Shown one piece after another: positions 25,467 through 34,543 of a DNA stretch of 61,393 nucleotides. Made by a program: the position numbers and the translations under genes. This DNA comes from a bacterium (GTDB taxonomy: Bacteria; Patescibacteriota; Patescibacteriia; 2-12-FULL-60-25). The notes under the pieces were generated by a model. The model did no database searches and was not told the origin of the DNA. It worked only from the letters and a program-made list of their open reading frames with translations. Position 1 is the stretch's first letter; each line of letters begins with the position of its first letter. The stretch covers positions 1 to 61,393 of the forward strand of contig JAJZQU010000001.1 in NCBI GenBank assembly GCA_021806685.1, written 5' to 3'.

Positions 25467-26246
25467 ATGGAGAACGAAGACCAGCCCAAAGAATCGATGG
25501 GTTTTTGGCAGGCGAATCCTAAGACAATGTTTGCCCTGGGGCTCATCACCGGCGTGGCAGTCATGGCCGTGATCGCCTTGGGCTTCATCTTAAACTTCTT
25601 GCTTTCAGGCAAGAACGTCAGTGCTTTGACGGCTAACAATCAGCAAGTCGCCCAACAGCCAGCCGCCCAGCAACCAACCAATAATCCGACTGCCCAACAG
25701 CCAGCAACCCCTTCCCAGCCTCCCAAGGCAGTTGATGAGGCCAAGGATCATATCTGGGGCCCAAAGACAGCCAAGGTGACATTGATCGAATATGCTGACT
25801 TTGAATGTCCGTATTGCGCCAAGCATTTTGACACTATGGAGCAAATCAAAAAGGCTTATCCCAATGATGTAAGGATTGTCTATCGCCATTTCCCGCTCTC
25901 ATTCCACCCCAATGCCGAGAAAGCAGCCGAAGCTTCGGAATGCGCCGCGGCCCAAGGCAAGTTCTGGGAAATGCATGACAAGATTTTTGCTGCTAAAAAA
26001 GCTGGCACGATGAGCGTTGATGCTTGGAAACAGGCAGCTAAAGATTTGGGTCTGAATACTGACAAGTTTGACAAGTGTCTGGATAGCGGGGAGATGGCTA
26101 GTGTCGTAGCCGCTGACCAGGCAGAAGGCTCAAATGCCGGCGTAGGCGGCACACCAGCCACCTTTATCAACGGTACTTTGGTGGAAGGTGCTTTGCCTTT
26201 CGATTCCTTCAAGACCCAGATCGAAGCAGCCGGAGCCAAGAACTAG
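25467..26246 (+). CDS. Membrane-anchored DsbA/thioredoxin-fold thiol:disulfide oxidoreductase
   Basis: N-terminal TM, a Q/P-rich linker and a CPYC active site (DFECPYCAKH). Confidence 0.8.
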   Translation: MENEDQPKESMGFWQANPKTMFALGLITGVAVMAVIALGFILNFLLSGKNVSALTANNQQVAQQPAAQQPTNNPTAQQPATPSQPPKAVDEAKDHIWGPKTAKVTLIEYADFECPYCAKHFDTMEQIKKAYPNDVRIVYRHFPLSFHPNAEKAAEASECAAAQGKFWEMHDKIFAAKKAGTMSVDAWKQAAKDLGLNTDKFDKCLDSGEMASVVAADQAEGSNAGVGGTPATFINGTLVEGALPFDSFKTQIEAAGAKN

Positions 26247-26255
26247 TTATCACAG

Positions 26256-26280
26256 CAAAAAAAGACCGGGTAACCGGTCT
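26256..26280 (-). terminator. Intrinsic terminator for the minus-strand surface-protein operon
   Basis: AGACCGG-GTAA-CCGGTCT hairpin, followed on the minus strand by a T7 run. Confidence 0.6.
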
Positions 26281-26282
26281 CA

Positions 26283-26316
26283 CAGCCCTGAACCATGTGG
26301 TTCGGGGCTGATTTTT
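26283..26316 (+). terminator. Intrinsic terminator after the second dsbA-like gene
   Basis: 12-bp stem CAGCCCTGAACC/GGTTCGGGGCTG (one mismatch), then ATTTTT. Confidence 0.6.
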
Positions 26317-26321
26317 ACCTA

Positions 26322-28277
26322 CTAGCTTGCAGCCAGTTGGGATAAGTTTAGGGTTTTGTCTATAACAGTAGGTTCTTTGCTTAGAGGGCTGGCTATTGGT
26401 TCGCTTCGCAAGAGTTGGTAGCCCTCTTTGACAGCAGTTACGTAAAAATCTCCATGGCCAACCAGAAAAGCATACCGGCCTTTAGAGTCGCTGATTTGGG
26501 TTTCCAAGACACGGTTAAAGCGGGTATCCATAATGCGCACGACAGCATTGTGGATGGGTTTGCCTGTCTTGGCATCCTTGATCACCCCGTAAGTTGGAGG
26601 TTTCTTTTGGAGCGTCAACCGGCGGAACATCAAATAAGACAGAACCTGGAAAATAAATAATCCAAGATAGGCGTAACTTGGGGATAGCACAAAGGTGCCA
26701 AAAGCAATGGCCGTTGAGGTTAGGGCCAAGTATCTCAAGATTTGTTTTAGGGTCTTTTTACGTTTTAAATCCTTTAATGGAGCGAGTTGCTCTTGCGGAT
26801 CAAGTGGAATATTCTTGGCGATGACAGTGTCATTGTCCAGATTCAATTTAGGCGTTGTCAACAGTTCTTCGAATGGCAAGTCTTGCGTTTGGCCAACCAA
26901 TAAAGTTGTTGGGAAAGTAAAACCTTTTTTGGCAGTCTCCAAGGTATATTGCCCTTTATCAACCAAAAAGTAATACCTGCCTTGGGCATCGGTTATCTTG
27001 GTCTGCAAGGTTTTACCAGAGTCATCTATAACCCTGACAGCCGCCAAATCAACAGGTATCTTGCTCAAGCTGTTGTAGACAACCCCATATTTCCTTCTTT
27101 TTTCGCGGGTAAACAACAGTAAGGGTTGGGTAAAGAGGAAGAATAAATAATTAAAAAGGGCTGTAGAGCCGGCTGCAGCCGTTACAGTCGCAATGCCGGC
27201 TGCAGCTAAAGCTGGCACGGCTGCTGCTTGGACTTGCGGTTCAGCCAGGGTTTCTTGGACTTGTTCTGTTGTTTGGATGATTTGGCGACCTGCCTTGCTT
27301 TCAGAAAACGAGGTAACAGCTTTCCGGATATCCGTCATCACGCCCCGGGTTACCGAGGTGATATCCCTGGCCAAGGGTTCAAGGGCTTTTGGAACAGGCA
27401 CGTTGAAGATCGTGGGAGGCGGCTGCCCGGCACCAGCACCCGGTTGTGCTTCAGGGCCAGGGGTTATTTGAGGCTGCCCGCCTTCTGTTGGAGGCGTCGT
27501 GATTCCACCTCCTCCTTGTTCAGTTCCTGCCCCAACTCCTGGGATGACACCCGGTAACTCTGCTGGGCCGGTTTCTTCAGACGGAGGAGTGGTTCCAGGT
27601 GGTAATTGTCCTTCCGGAGGGGGAGTTGGTGGAACCGGAGTCACTGGAGGTGTTGGAGTTGGCGTGGGAGGCGTGGGAGTCTCCGGTGGAGGCGTTGGAG
27701 TTGGGGTTGGTTCTGGTGTCGGTTCCGGTGTGGGGGTTGGGGTCGGGGTTGGTGTGGGAGAAGGGGGAGTTGAGCCACCTGTCCCGCCACCTCCGGCGCT
27801 GCCACCGCCGCCACCAGATGGCCTGACGGCACATGGTCGCCAGTCAGTCCTGACGTTGCAGTTAGTGCAAGAAAAATTGATTTGACCAGCTAAAGTTCCG
27901 GCTGTTCCGCCGGTGCCAACAAATACTCCCGATGTACTAATGGTCACTCCGCTCATGTTTATCCAGCCTAATTGGCTGGACCAAGCATAACCGCTTAAAA
28001 TGCCGCCGCAATTATTTATTACGCTGACAAGATTGGGACTGAAATTGATCCAACCGAAATTGTCGCTCCAGGCATAACCCGTGATGGCTGTATCAGTGAT
28101 TGTCAGGCCTCCGTTGGTTGGGAGAAAATTAATCCAACCCAATTTGTCTCCCCAAGCGTATTTATCGGGGTCAATGATTGAGCCAACAGAAAGTGAAGCA
28201 CTAGCCTTGTAAGGGAAGACTAGGCCGATAGCTGCCGTTAAAGCGCAAAGGCTTATGATTTTAACCCAGACAGGCAT
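26322..28277 (-). CDS. Surface/membrane protein: signal peptide, GYAWSxxxGWINF repeats, Pro-Thr linker, TM segments and two carboxypeptidase-regulatory-like domains
   Basis: YAWGDKLGWINF, GYAWSDNFGWINF and GYAWSSQLGWINM repeats, then a PTPTPTP.. linker. DAQGRYYFLVDKGQYTLETAKKGF and DSKGRYAFLVGHGDFYVTAVKEGY each follow hydrophobic helices. Confidence 0.75.
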   Translation of the reverse strand: MPVWVKIISLCALTAAIGLVFPYKASASLSVGSIIDPDKYAWGDKLGWINFLPTNGGLTITDTAITGYAWSDNFGWINFSPNLVSVINNCGGILSGYAWSSQLGWINMSGVTISTSGVFVGTGGTAGTLAGQINFSCTNCNVRTDWRPCAVRPSGGGGGSAGGGGTGGSTPPSPTPTPTPTPTPEPTPEPTPTPTPPPETPTPPTPTPTPPVTPVPPTPPPEGQLPPGTTPPSEETGPAELPGVIPGVGAGTEQGGGGITTPPTEGGQPQITPGPEAQPGAGAGQPPPTIFNVPVPKALEPLARDITSVTRGVMTDIRKAVTSFSESKAGRQIIQTTEQVQETLAEPQVQAAAVPALAAAGIATVTAAAGSTALFNYLFFLFTQPLLLFTREKRRKYGVVYNSLSKIPVDLAAVRVIDDSGKTLQTKITDAQGRYYFLVDKGQYTLETAKKGFTFPTTLLVGQTQDLPFEELLTTPKLNLDNDTVIAKNIPLDPQEQLAPLKDLKRKKTLKQILRYLALTSTAIAFGTFVLSPSYAYLGLFIFQVLSYLMFRRLTLQKKPPTYGVIKDAKTGKPIHNAVVRIMDTRFNRVLETQISDSKGRYAFLVGHGDFYVTAVKEGYQLLRSEPIASPLSKEPTVIDKTLNLSQLAAS

Positions 28278-28282
28278 AAGGA

Positions 28283-31200
28283 TTAGTTGGATGTAGACGT
28301 AGCCTGATCCTGGGCAGTAGTAACAGGAACGTCAACCGGTTCCGAGGAAGGAGTGCTAGTCGTTGTAGGTGTTGGCGCAGGAGGAGTTGTTGTCACTGTT
28401 GGGCTGGGATCTGGAGCCGGCGTGTAATCCGGAGGTGGGTTGATATAATCCGGGAAGGACTGGTTATTATTGTAAAGTGCCTGCCAATTAAAGATAACAT
28501 CTTTAGGTTGCGCAAAAGCCAGGTGGATTTCAAAACCCGTGGCGCTAACTTTTTCTATCCAATAAGGGCCCTCGATCTTGTCCATGGGAGTGACGGTCAC
28601 AACGGGTATGTCATTAAAGGGTAACTTGAAAATTACAGGTATGACGTCTTGGCTTAGGAGAAATTTTGCCTGACCGGCTTGTGATTCCACGACAGGCTGC
28701 ATTGGGCCAAGAGGTGTGTTAGCAAATAGTGATTGATTTTCTTTCAGGCTATTGATTTGGTCCTGTTGTTCCTTAATGGCTTCGATTATTAAGGGCGTGA
28801 ATTTCGTGTAATCGAGTTGGAAATATTGGACATCCTTGTCGCCGACTGTTTCTAAAGATAACGCTTCGGGAAAAATCTTTTGGACATCTTGGGCAATCAA
28901 GCCGACCGTATGTTCATGGCCCTTGAAACGGGAGATTAAAGGATAGTGCTTTAAAACTTCCGGGTCGTCCGTTTTCCAATCATAAGTTACGCCCGTTAAC
29001 TGCATTATTTTATTTAATGCACCATCGATTTCTAAAGTGTTCTTTTTCAGACGGGCATCAGACTCATTGGCTATGCAACTTGAGGCATTGCCATCATTAT
29101 TGGTATCTACGCAAACCGTGTCACCTTTCACTTCGACCCGGCCTTGGTCAGGGATTGTTGTCCCAATCCCAAGGTTGCCGTTGTTACTAACTGTTATGTA
29201 TTGGTTTTCCAAGCCCCTGCTGATTGTGAATCCGGTGTTAGCTTGCCACAAATCCCAAGTACTAGTCCCGATGTGGGTACTGCTGACATAAAGGTCCTTC
29301 CAACGATTATCCGAAGATCCCAGGTCATATGTTAAGTTTGCATCCGGCCCCACATTACCTGCAATTTGGAGTTTAAAATTCGAGGGGTTTGATGTGCCAA
29401 TGCCAACATTGCCGTTACCGTCAATCGTCAACCTGTCATTTGTGCCAAGGACTGTAGATGAAGAAATTTTAAACCTGCCGCCATCTGTTTTATCAACGCC
29501 GATCGACCAATGATAGAAATTCGAGTTATCTGTTGAAGTTGCCACAAACCCAAGGTCACCATCTGCGCGGTTGGCATTGCCGGCTATGATAACGCGGTTG
29601 GAACCGCCTATGCTTGGAGTCCAGCCAAAGAAAGAATTATTATAATTGTTAATTAGTAATGGGTAATTGCTAAGATTATCGGCTACTGCTAATAAAGCAC
29701 CCGCGCCTGTTGCTTTGTTTTGGAGGACAAATGCCGCAGCGGTGTTCTGCGTGGCATTGGCATACATGTAACCTGATGTGGCAAAAGAAAAGTTACCTGA
29801 ACCCTGCGAGTTGCCGGAATAAATGGTTGATGAAGCATAGGCACTCCTCCAAGCATGTTGGTAGGAGCCTAAGTCATACGAGTTTGTTGATGAAGGGGCT
29901 ATTGTACCGGCCACTGTAAGCCTATAAAGATATGGGTTGGTAGTTCCAATGCCTATATCAATCTTGCCTGCTTCGTTGGGTGAGCCTTTCAAGGTCAGTC
30001 CATTCATCAGATCTCCATTGTTGTCCCTAACGCTTAAGGTCAGCCTGCCGCAAATCCATAGGCCACAGTCTGATCTGGTATAAATCTTGCCAAAATTAAA
30101 AGTGTCAGTTGTTCCGGGATAATTGCTGTAGAAATCAATGGCCGCAGCATAAGCCAAGCCGGGTGTTGAAGCGCTGGATGATAATTTGAGGAGTGCGTTA
30201 TCGGTATTTAGTTGGTTTATTGAAAGTTTGTTATTGATAGCTCCATCGCCTATGGCCGCACCGTTGAAGTCAACTTTGAAAAAACTGCTGCCCACATCTA
30301 GGGTGCTGCTGGCGTAAATGCCTCGCCAGGCATTTGTATTAGAACCTAAATCATACGAATTAGTTATGGTCGGGTTGATACTGCCTGTTGAGGTTGCTCC
30401 GGCAAACCGAATCCACTTATTGGTTGTCGCCCCCTGGTCGGTAACTTGTTGGAAGTTTGGGTTGGCTATCACCTCTGTGCCATTAATCAGGAGTTTTGAT
30501 GTTGAGATGTAGCCATCAGCATCGATATTGGTTGAGCTGACATGTTTGACGAATAGTTTTTTCCAATACAGTGAACTAGTGCCAAGATCGTAAGTATTAT
30601 CAACGCCAGGCGAAAAACCGCTTGCATCAATTTTAGAGCGCACAGCGCCGCCAGTGTAAAAACTTATCGGCGAGCTTGCCCCGTTTAAAATATTCAATCC
30701 CGTGTTTGAGCCGCCCGCAAAAAGATTCACGAAATCACCCCCGCCTGTTCCATAGGCGTTAATTGAAAAATAGGCATCGTCTGACAGCACTTGTAATACG
30801 GCACGCGCTGACGCACCGGCACTGTTATTTGTTATTTTTAGGCTGTTGTCAGTGTTCTTTCCGGCGGTACTACCGAGGGTCATGTTACCGGCCGCATCTA
30901 TAAAACCCTGTTGAGTTGAGCTTGTATAGAAATTTATTGGCGCAGCCGAATTATTCATTATATTCAAGCCTGTATTGTTTTGAGCTGTGAGGTTCACATA
31001 GCCCCCGGCGGCACCTGGTTTTGCGGTAATTCTCAAATCAGCTCCACCGGAAGCTGGAACCCCTGCAAAAAGATGGATAAATGAATCTGCAGTCACGCTC
31101 TCTTGGCGGTTGTAGACCAGGATGCCCGTTGCTGTATTATTGTTTCTTTCAATATGAACAAAATCATCGGGATTGCTTGGTGCAACGTTTCCAATACCAA

Positions 31201-31873
31201 CTCCATATTGGTTGACTTGGAACATAGTATCACCGTTCACGGCAGAACTTAGGGGAGTGCCTCCTGCGCTTGGGTCAATAAACTTGCCATTAACCGCATA
31301 TAAGGTGCTACTGGCGTAGATGTTTTTCCATGATTTTGTGGCCGAACCCAAATCAAATGAGCCATTAGTCGTTGGAATGATATTTCCAGTCGAAGAAGCA
31401 CCAGTAAATCCTATCTGGTGAGTTGTGAAGTATCCTTGGTTTGTCACTTGCTGCAGAGTTGGGACATTCGATGTGACCGGAGAACCATTTACCCAAAGAG
31501 CCGTCGTTGAGACATAGCCCAGAGCATCAATGTTTGTCGAGCTGACGTTTTTGGCAAAAAGTTTATGCCAATAATTACTCACCTCGCCCAAGTCATAAAG
31601 GTTATTGGACGTCGGTAAGATGTTGGCAGTAGTTGAGACGCCGTTAACACGTATTGGCCTATTGGTTGTATAGCCTTGATCAGTGATGTTTTGGAGAGTA
31701 TAAGGCGCAACCGTACAATTGATTTGGGTAGGGGAGCATTCAGGGTTAAGGGTTGAGCCGGGTGTATATGGCTGGCCGTTCCAGACCGCTTGGACCGTGT
31801 GCGCAAAAAACAAAGTTGAAGCCAATCCAACTATAATAATGCCATTCCGTATGACCGGTTTTATCAAAGGCAT
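28283..31873 (-). CDS. 1196-aa tail-fibre-like surface protein with a peptidase-S74 intramolecular-chaperone domain and an H-type-lectin-like C-terminal module
   Basis: It has a signal peptide and six-fold recurring Y/FDLG(S/T)xxxxW(K/R)xx(Y/F) units. SDARLKKN..GVTYDW..VGLIAQDVQKIFPE..LDYTKFTPLIIEAIKEQQDQINSLKE at 28736..29064 matches the endosialidase-chaperone pattern. VIFKLPF..PVVTVTP...VSATGFEIHL...FNWQAL at 28463..28669 follows. Confidence 0.75.
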   Translation of the reverse strand: MPLIKPVIRNGIIIVGLASTLFFAHTVQAVWNGQPYTPGSTLNPECSPTQINCTVAPYTLQNITDQGYTTNRPIRVNGVSTTANILPTSNNLYDLGEVSNYWHKLFAKNVSSTNIDALGYVSTTALWVNGSPVTSNVPTLQQVTNQGYFTTHQIGFTGASSTGNIIPTTNGSFDLGSATKSWKNIYASSTLYAVNGKFIDPSAGGTPLSSAVNGDTMFQVNQYGVGIGNVAPSNPDDFVHIERNNNTATGILVYNRQESVTADSFIHLFAGVPASGGADLRITAKPGAAGGYVNLTAQNNTGLNIMNNSAAPINFYTSSTQQGFIDAAGNMTLGSTAGKNTDNSLKITNNSAGASARAVLQVLSDDAYFSINAYGTGGGDFVNLFAGGSNTGLNILNGASSPISFYTGGAVRSKIDASGFSPGVDNTYDLGTSSLYWKKLFVKHVSSTNIDADGYISTSKLLINGTEVIANPNFQQVTDQGATTNKWIRFAGATSTGSINPTITNSYDLGSNTNAWRGIYASSTLDVGSSFFKVDFNGAAIGDGAINNKLSINQLNTDNALLKLSSSASTPGLAYAAAIDFYSNYPGTTDTFNFGKIYTRSDCGLWICGRLTLSVRDNNGDLMNGLTLKGSPNEAGKIDIGIGTTNPYLYRLTVAGTIAPSSTNSYDLGSYQHAWRSAYASSTIYSGNSQGSGNFSFATSGYMYANATQNTAAAFVLQNKATGAGALLAVADNLSNYPLLINNYNNSFFGWTPSIGGSNRVIIAGNANRADGDLGFVATSTDNSNFYHWSIGVDKTDGGRFKISSSTVLGTNDRLTIDGNGNVGIGTSNPSNFKLQIAGNVGPDANLTYDLGSSDNRWKDLYVSSTHIGTSTWDLWQANTGFTISRGLENQYITVSNNGNLGIGTTIPDQGRVEVKGDTVCVDTNNDGNASSCIANESDARLKKNTLEIDGALNKIMQLTGVTYDWKTDDPEVLKHYPLISRFKGHEHTVGLIAQDVQKIFPEALSLETVGDKDVQYFQLDYTKFTPLIIEAIKEQQDQINSLKENQSLFANTPLGPMQPVVESQAGQAKFLLSQDVIPVIFKLPFNDIPVVTVTPMDKIEGPYWIEKVSATGFEIHLAFAQPKDVIFNWQALYNNNQSFPDYINPPPDYTPAPDPSPTVTTTPPAPTPTTTSTPSSEPVDVPVTTAQDQATSTSN

Positions 31874-32004
31874 AAGATGTATTGATATTATATAAGTTTA
31901 GCCAAATTTAGCCCAGGCGGATATGTGGATTGTTTGGGGGTATGTGTTAGACCCGTCGTCTTTTGTGTGGGAGAGGGCTCCCTAAAACCCGATCTCGGCC
32001 GTGT

Positions 32005-33090
32005 TTATAGCTTTTTGTAGCCCCTAAAAGCTGAAAATTGATCTTTGGCGATTGATATCAAACGGTTTGTAGTTTTGCTGATCTCATCCTTAATATATTT
32101 GGCGTTGCCATATTGCGAAGGGTAGCCAACCAATTCCATAAAACCAACACCTTTAGTTTTATGGCCTTCGAAAATACCTTCCACGCGCAGTGGGCCTTCC
32201 CAATAGTTAATAGTGCCAAATAGCATCTCCTGGTTTTCAACCTCGGCAGTCAATTTCAAGTCAATATTTTTTGCTGGTATTTTTACGTTCCAATCTAAGG
32301 GAAAGACTGTTTGGGTTTTAGGACTGACCCATTGCCGGCCAAGAGGGACCATTTTGACATCTTGATAATGCTCCTGCTCACCGTTGGGATAGGAGATGTC
32401 GGCCCAATAAGTTTTTACCTGGCCATCATCATACTTGTAACAGACTATTTCTGTGTCATCCTCCAATTGTATTGAAAACCAATCCCATTTGTCTTTGGAA
32501 TAGCTCGTATCAGCCCATTGGTGGTCCATCCACGATTTGCCAGTGACATCCACCCACCCATCTTTGGTTTTCATCCGACCTTCTGTTCTTAGGTTGGTCA
32601 AGGAATAGTAATAGGTTGTTTTGGAGTTGAGTTCGAGATAACCTTTGCCGCCTTCGAGCAGGGGGTTTTTAATGGAAGTCAGCGTCAAATCAAGATCTTC
32701 GTTTTTTAAATGGTAGGTTGTCTTGTCTATTTTTTCGATGGCACAGTTGATGTAGTTGTTTTTAAGTTCAGGGTTGAGGTAGTTGATATAGAGCAGGGGC
32801 TTGGAAAAACTATCAGCCGAAATGATGGAAAAAGGGGATATTCTTTCAGAAAACTTCTTTTTGTTTATATCAGAGATAAGGGAATGGGAAAAATAAGTTG
32901 TTTTGAGCGGTATCTTGCTTAAGAATGGTATTTTGACTTTCTTGACATCTGCCTTGAACAGGCAGTCCATGAACGAATATTCAAGGCCGCTTTTATCCGT
33001 GAGGTGGCCGTTAAAATACCACCACTCGATTATGCAATCATGGGACGACTCATCTTCCGGGAATTTTATGGGTTGAAATTCTTTGCGCAT
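32005..33090 (-). CDS. CrtC/AttH-like lipocalin-domain protein (hydroxyneurosporene-synthase family fold)
   Basis: The N-terminal FPEDESSHDCIIEWWYFNGHL matches the family signature. Composition is AT-rich. Confidence 0.6.
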   Translation of the reverse strand: MRKEFQPIKFPEDESSHDCIIEWWYFNGHLTDKSGLEYSFMDCLFKADVKKVKIPFLSKIPLKTTYFSHSLISDINKKKFSERISPFSIISADSFSKPLLYINYLNPELKNNYINCAIEKIDKTTYHLKNEDLDLTLTSIKNPLLEGGKGYLELNSKTTYYYSLTNLRTEGRMKTKDGWVDVTGKSWMDHQWADTSYSKDKWDWFSIQLEDDTEIVCYKYDDGQVKTYWADISYPNGEQEHYQDVKMVPLGRQWVSPKTQTVFPLDWNVKIPAKNIDLKLTAEVENQEMLFGTINYWEGPLRVEGIFEGHKTKGVGFMELVGYPSQYGNAKYIKDEISKTTNRLISIAKDQFSAFRGYKKL

Positions 33091-33151
33091 ATGAGTTCAG
33101 CTTAACACGAGGGTAACAGAAATAGTATATTTGGCTCAGGTTTTAATAGCC

Positions 33152-33180
33152 TTGAAACAATTTGTATATTAAGCTAATAT
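33152..33180 (+). promoter_or_regulatory. Sigma70-type promoter for tRNA-Ser (TTGAAA-N17-TAATAT)
   Basis: The -10 ends 10 nt before the tRNA 5' end. Confidence 0.5.
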
Positions 33181-33190
33181 CTCGCGCATT

Positions 33191-33278
33191 GGAGAGGTCG
33201 CATAGAGGCCTAGTGCACACGCTTGGAAAGCGTGCATACCGCAAGGTATCGAGGGTTCGAATCCCTCCCTCTCCGCCA
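33191..33278 (+). tRNA. tRNA-Ser (anticodon GGA), encoded CCA end
   Basis: Acceptor stem GGAGAGG/CCTCTCC, anticodon stem-loop CACGC-TTGGAAA-GCGTG, long variable arm CATACCGCAAGGTATC, and T arm GAGGG-TTCGAAT-CCCTC. Confidence 0.9.
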
Positions 33279-33282
33279 GAAC

Positions 33283-33307
33283 AAAGCCCGCCATTAGGCG
33301 GGTTTTG
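33283..33307 (+). terminator. Intrinsic terminator after tRNA-Ser
   Basis: GCCCGCC-ATTA-GGCGGGT hairpin plus TTTT. Confidence 0.6.
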
Positions 33308-33356
33308 TGGTGTGTGTTAACATAATCACGCTTAATAACTCACTTTCCATAAAAAC

Positions 33357-34022
33357 ATGTTAAAAAAGATTATTTTGCCGGCTTTGTTGTTTTTAGTGAG
33401 CGGTTTTATCGCCCAAGTGGCCAGCGCTGTCCCGGCCGCCCCCAGCCCCACATGTGAGATTAAAGCCACTATCTTAAATGTCGCAAAAAAGACAACAAAT
33501 GTTAATAGATCAGAGGAAGTGCCAATAGATTATTACGCGGTTAAATTAAAGATAGAAACAAGTTCAACCTATCAGCAAGATGGCAGCGGCTCTTGTGAAG
33601 ACCTGGCGGACCAGGAAGTAAACTCGGTTGTCACTTTAAGTGAGTATGAAAAAACTCCAGTCAAAGCCGGCCAGGAAGTTGGAGCCAGAATCCACTATGG
33701 TGGAGATGAGCGGTTGGGTGGGTATTTTTTGACCAACGTTGAGATCCTGAAGGTGGGCGTGCCAACTGTCGAAGAGGATGAAGAATCCGCCATTAAGAGT
33801 TCCAAAGAAGTATCCGACATGTTGGTTGAGCAGAAGCAACTCAAAACAGTTGAGGATATAAAATTAGATTCGGATAAGAAGCAGTATTCAGCAACTGGTT
33901 ATCGCAACGCCAAGCTCTTATTCTTTATCCCAATATCACTCAAGGTTGAATTAAAGATTGACGCGTTGACAGGCGATATTAAGCAAATAAACAAACCTTG
34001 GTGGGGTTTCTTGGTCAGATAA
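33357..34022 (+). CDS. Secreted hypothetical protein
   Basis: Signal peptide (LLFLVSGFIAQVASA). The C-terminal ..KIDALTGDIKQINKPWWGFL resembles PepSY-like ends, though only weakly. Confidence 0.6.
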   Translation: MLKKIILPALLFLVSGFIAQVASAVPAAPSPTCEIKATILNVAKKTTNVNRSEEVPIDYYAVKLKIETSSTYQQDGSGSCEDLADQEVNSVVTLSEYEKTPVKAGQEVGARIHYGGDERLGGYFLTNVEILKVGVPTVEEDEESAIKSSKEVSDMLVEQKQLKTVEDIKLDSDKKQYSATGYRNAKLLFFIPISLKVELKIDALTGDIKQINKPWWGFLVR

Positions 34023-34030
34023 ATCTATTT

Positions 34031-34534
34031 ATGCCCATTTGCATCACTTTTGCCGGTCCGGTTGGCAGCTCCAAGACGCCTATTGCCACTTATTTGAGTT
34101 GGAACCTGGGTCTTCCCATCTTTAACAACGATGCAATTCGGAGTGAGGTGGCTGAGGATTTGGGAAAATATGACGTCGAAGTCTACAAACAGCGACAAAA
34201 AGAAAGAGCGACGAAGTTGATTGAATCCGGGATTTCTTGCATTATTGATGCCAGCGTTGACAGGTCGTGGCCCGAAGTAAAACCAAGGTTGCAAGCGAAA
34301 GGATATAAGTGTTTTGTTATCAGTTTGGATCTGAGTAAAGAGCTGATGGAAAAGCTTCATAAAGCTAAGGGCTACAATGAATCGCTCGAAAGGCTAGAAT
34401 CAATTATGGCTGATCATGAGAATTTTTTGTCGCAGTTTAAGGATGAGGTGGGTATATCCATTACTGATGAGAATTTTGGACAGAGGTTGGAACTCTGCCT
34501 TCAGGTGGTGAGGGAGTGGAGGAGGAATGATTAG
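34031..34534 (+). CDS. Small P-loop NTPase/kinase-like protein
   Basis: Walker A FAGPVGSSKT at the N-terminus. The ATG at 34031 is chosen over ORF-track start 33998. Confidence 0.6.
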   Translation: MPICITFAGPVGSSKTPIATYLSWNLGLPIFNNDAIRSEVAEDLGKYDVEVYKQRQKERATKLIESGISCIIDASVDRSWPEVKPRLQAKGYKCFVISLDLSKELMEKLHKAKGYNESLERLESIMADHENFLSQFKDEVGISITDENFGQRLELCLQVVREWRRND

Positions 34535-34543
34535 TATAAAATT

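Noticed and set aside
27600-27800. Possible CRISPR or tandem-repeat array, given the periodic CCAACNCC units here and the GAAACT units at 24611..24650
   Set aside because: The first is coding low-complexity sequence (a Pro-Thr linker), and the second is a 7-nt microsatellite-like run. Neither has the repeat-spacer architecture of a CRISPR array, and no cas genes are present.
27499-27885. Gly/Val-rich 128-aa ORF, plus several overlapping ORFs at 27577..27834
   Set aside because: These are antisense or alternate-frame shadows of the Pro-Thr linker of the 651-aa surface protein. Low-complexity GC-rich DNA stays open in many frames.
28283-31873. Prophage or phage remnant, inferred from the tail-fibre/S74 protein
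   Set aside because: No capsid, portal, terminase, tape-measure, baseplate, lysis or integrase genes occur within the window. The protein has a Sec-type signal peptide and a cellular partner gene, so I treat it as a domesticated or cellular surface fibre. A longer contig could still overturn this.
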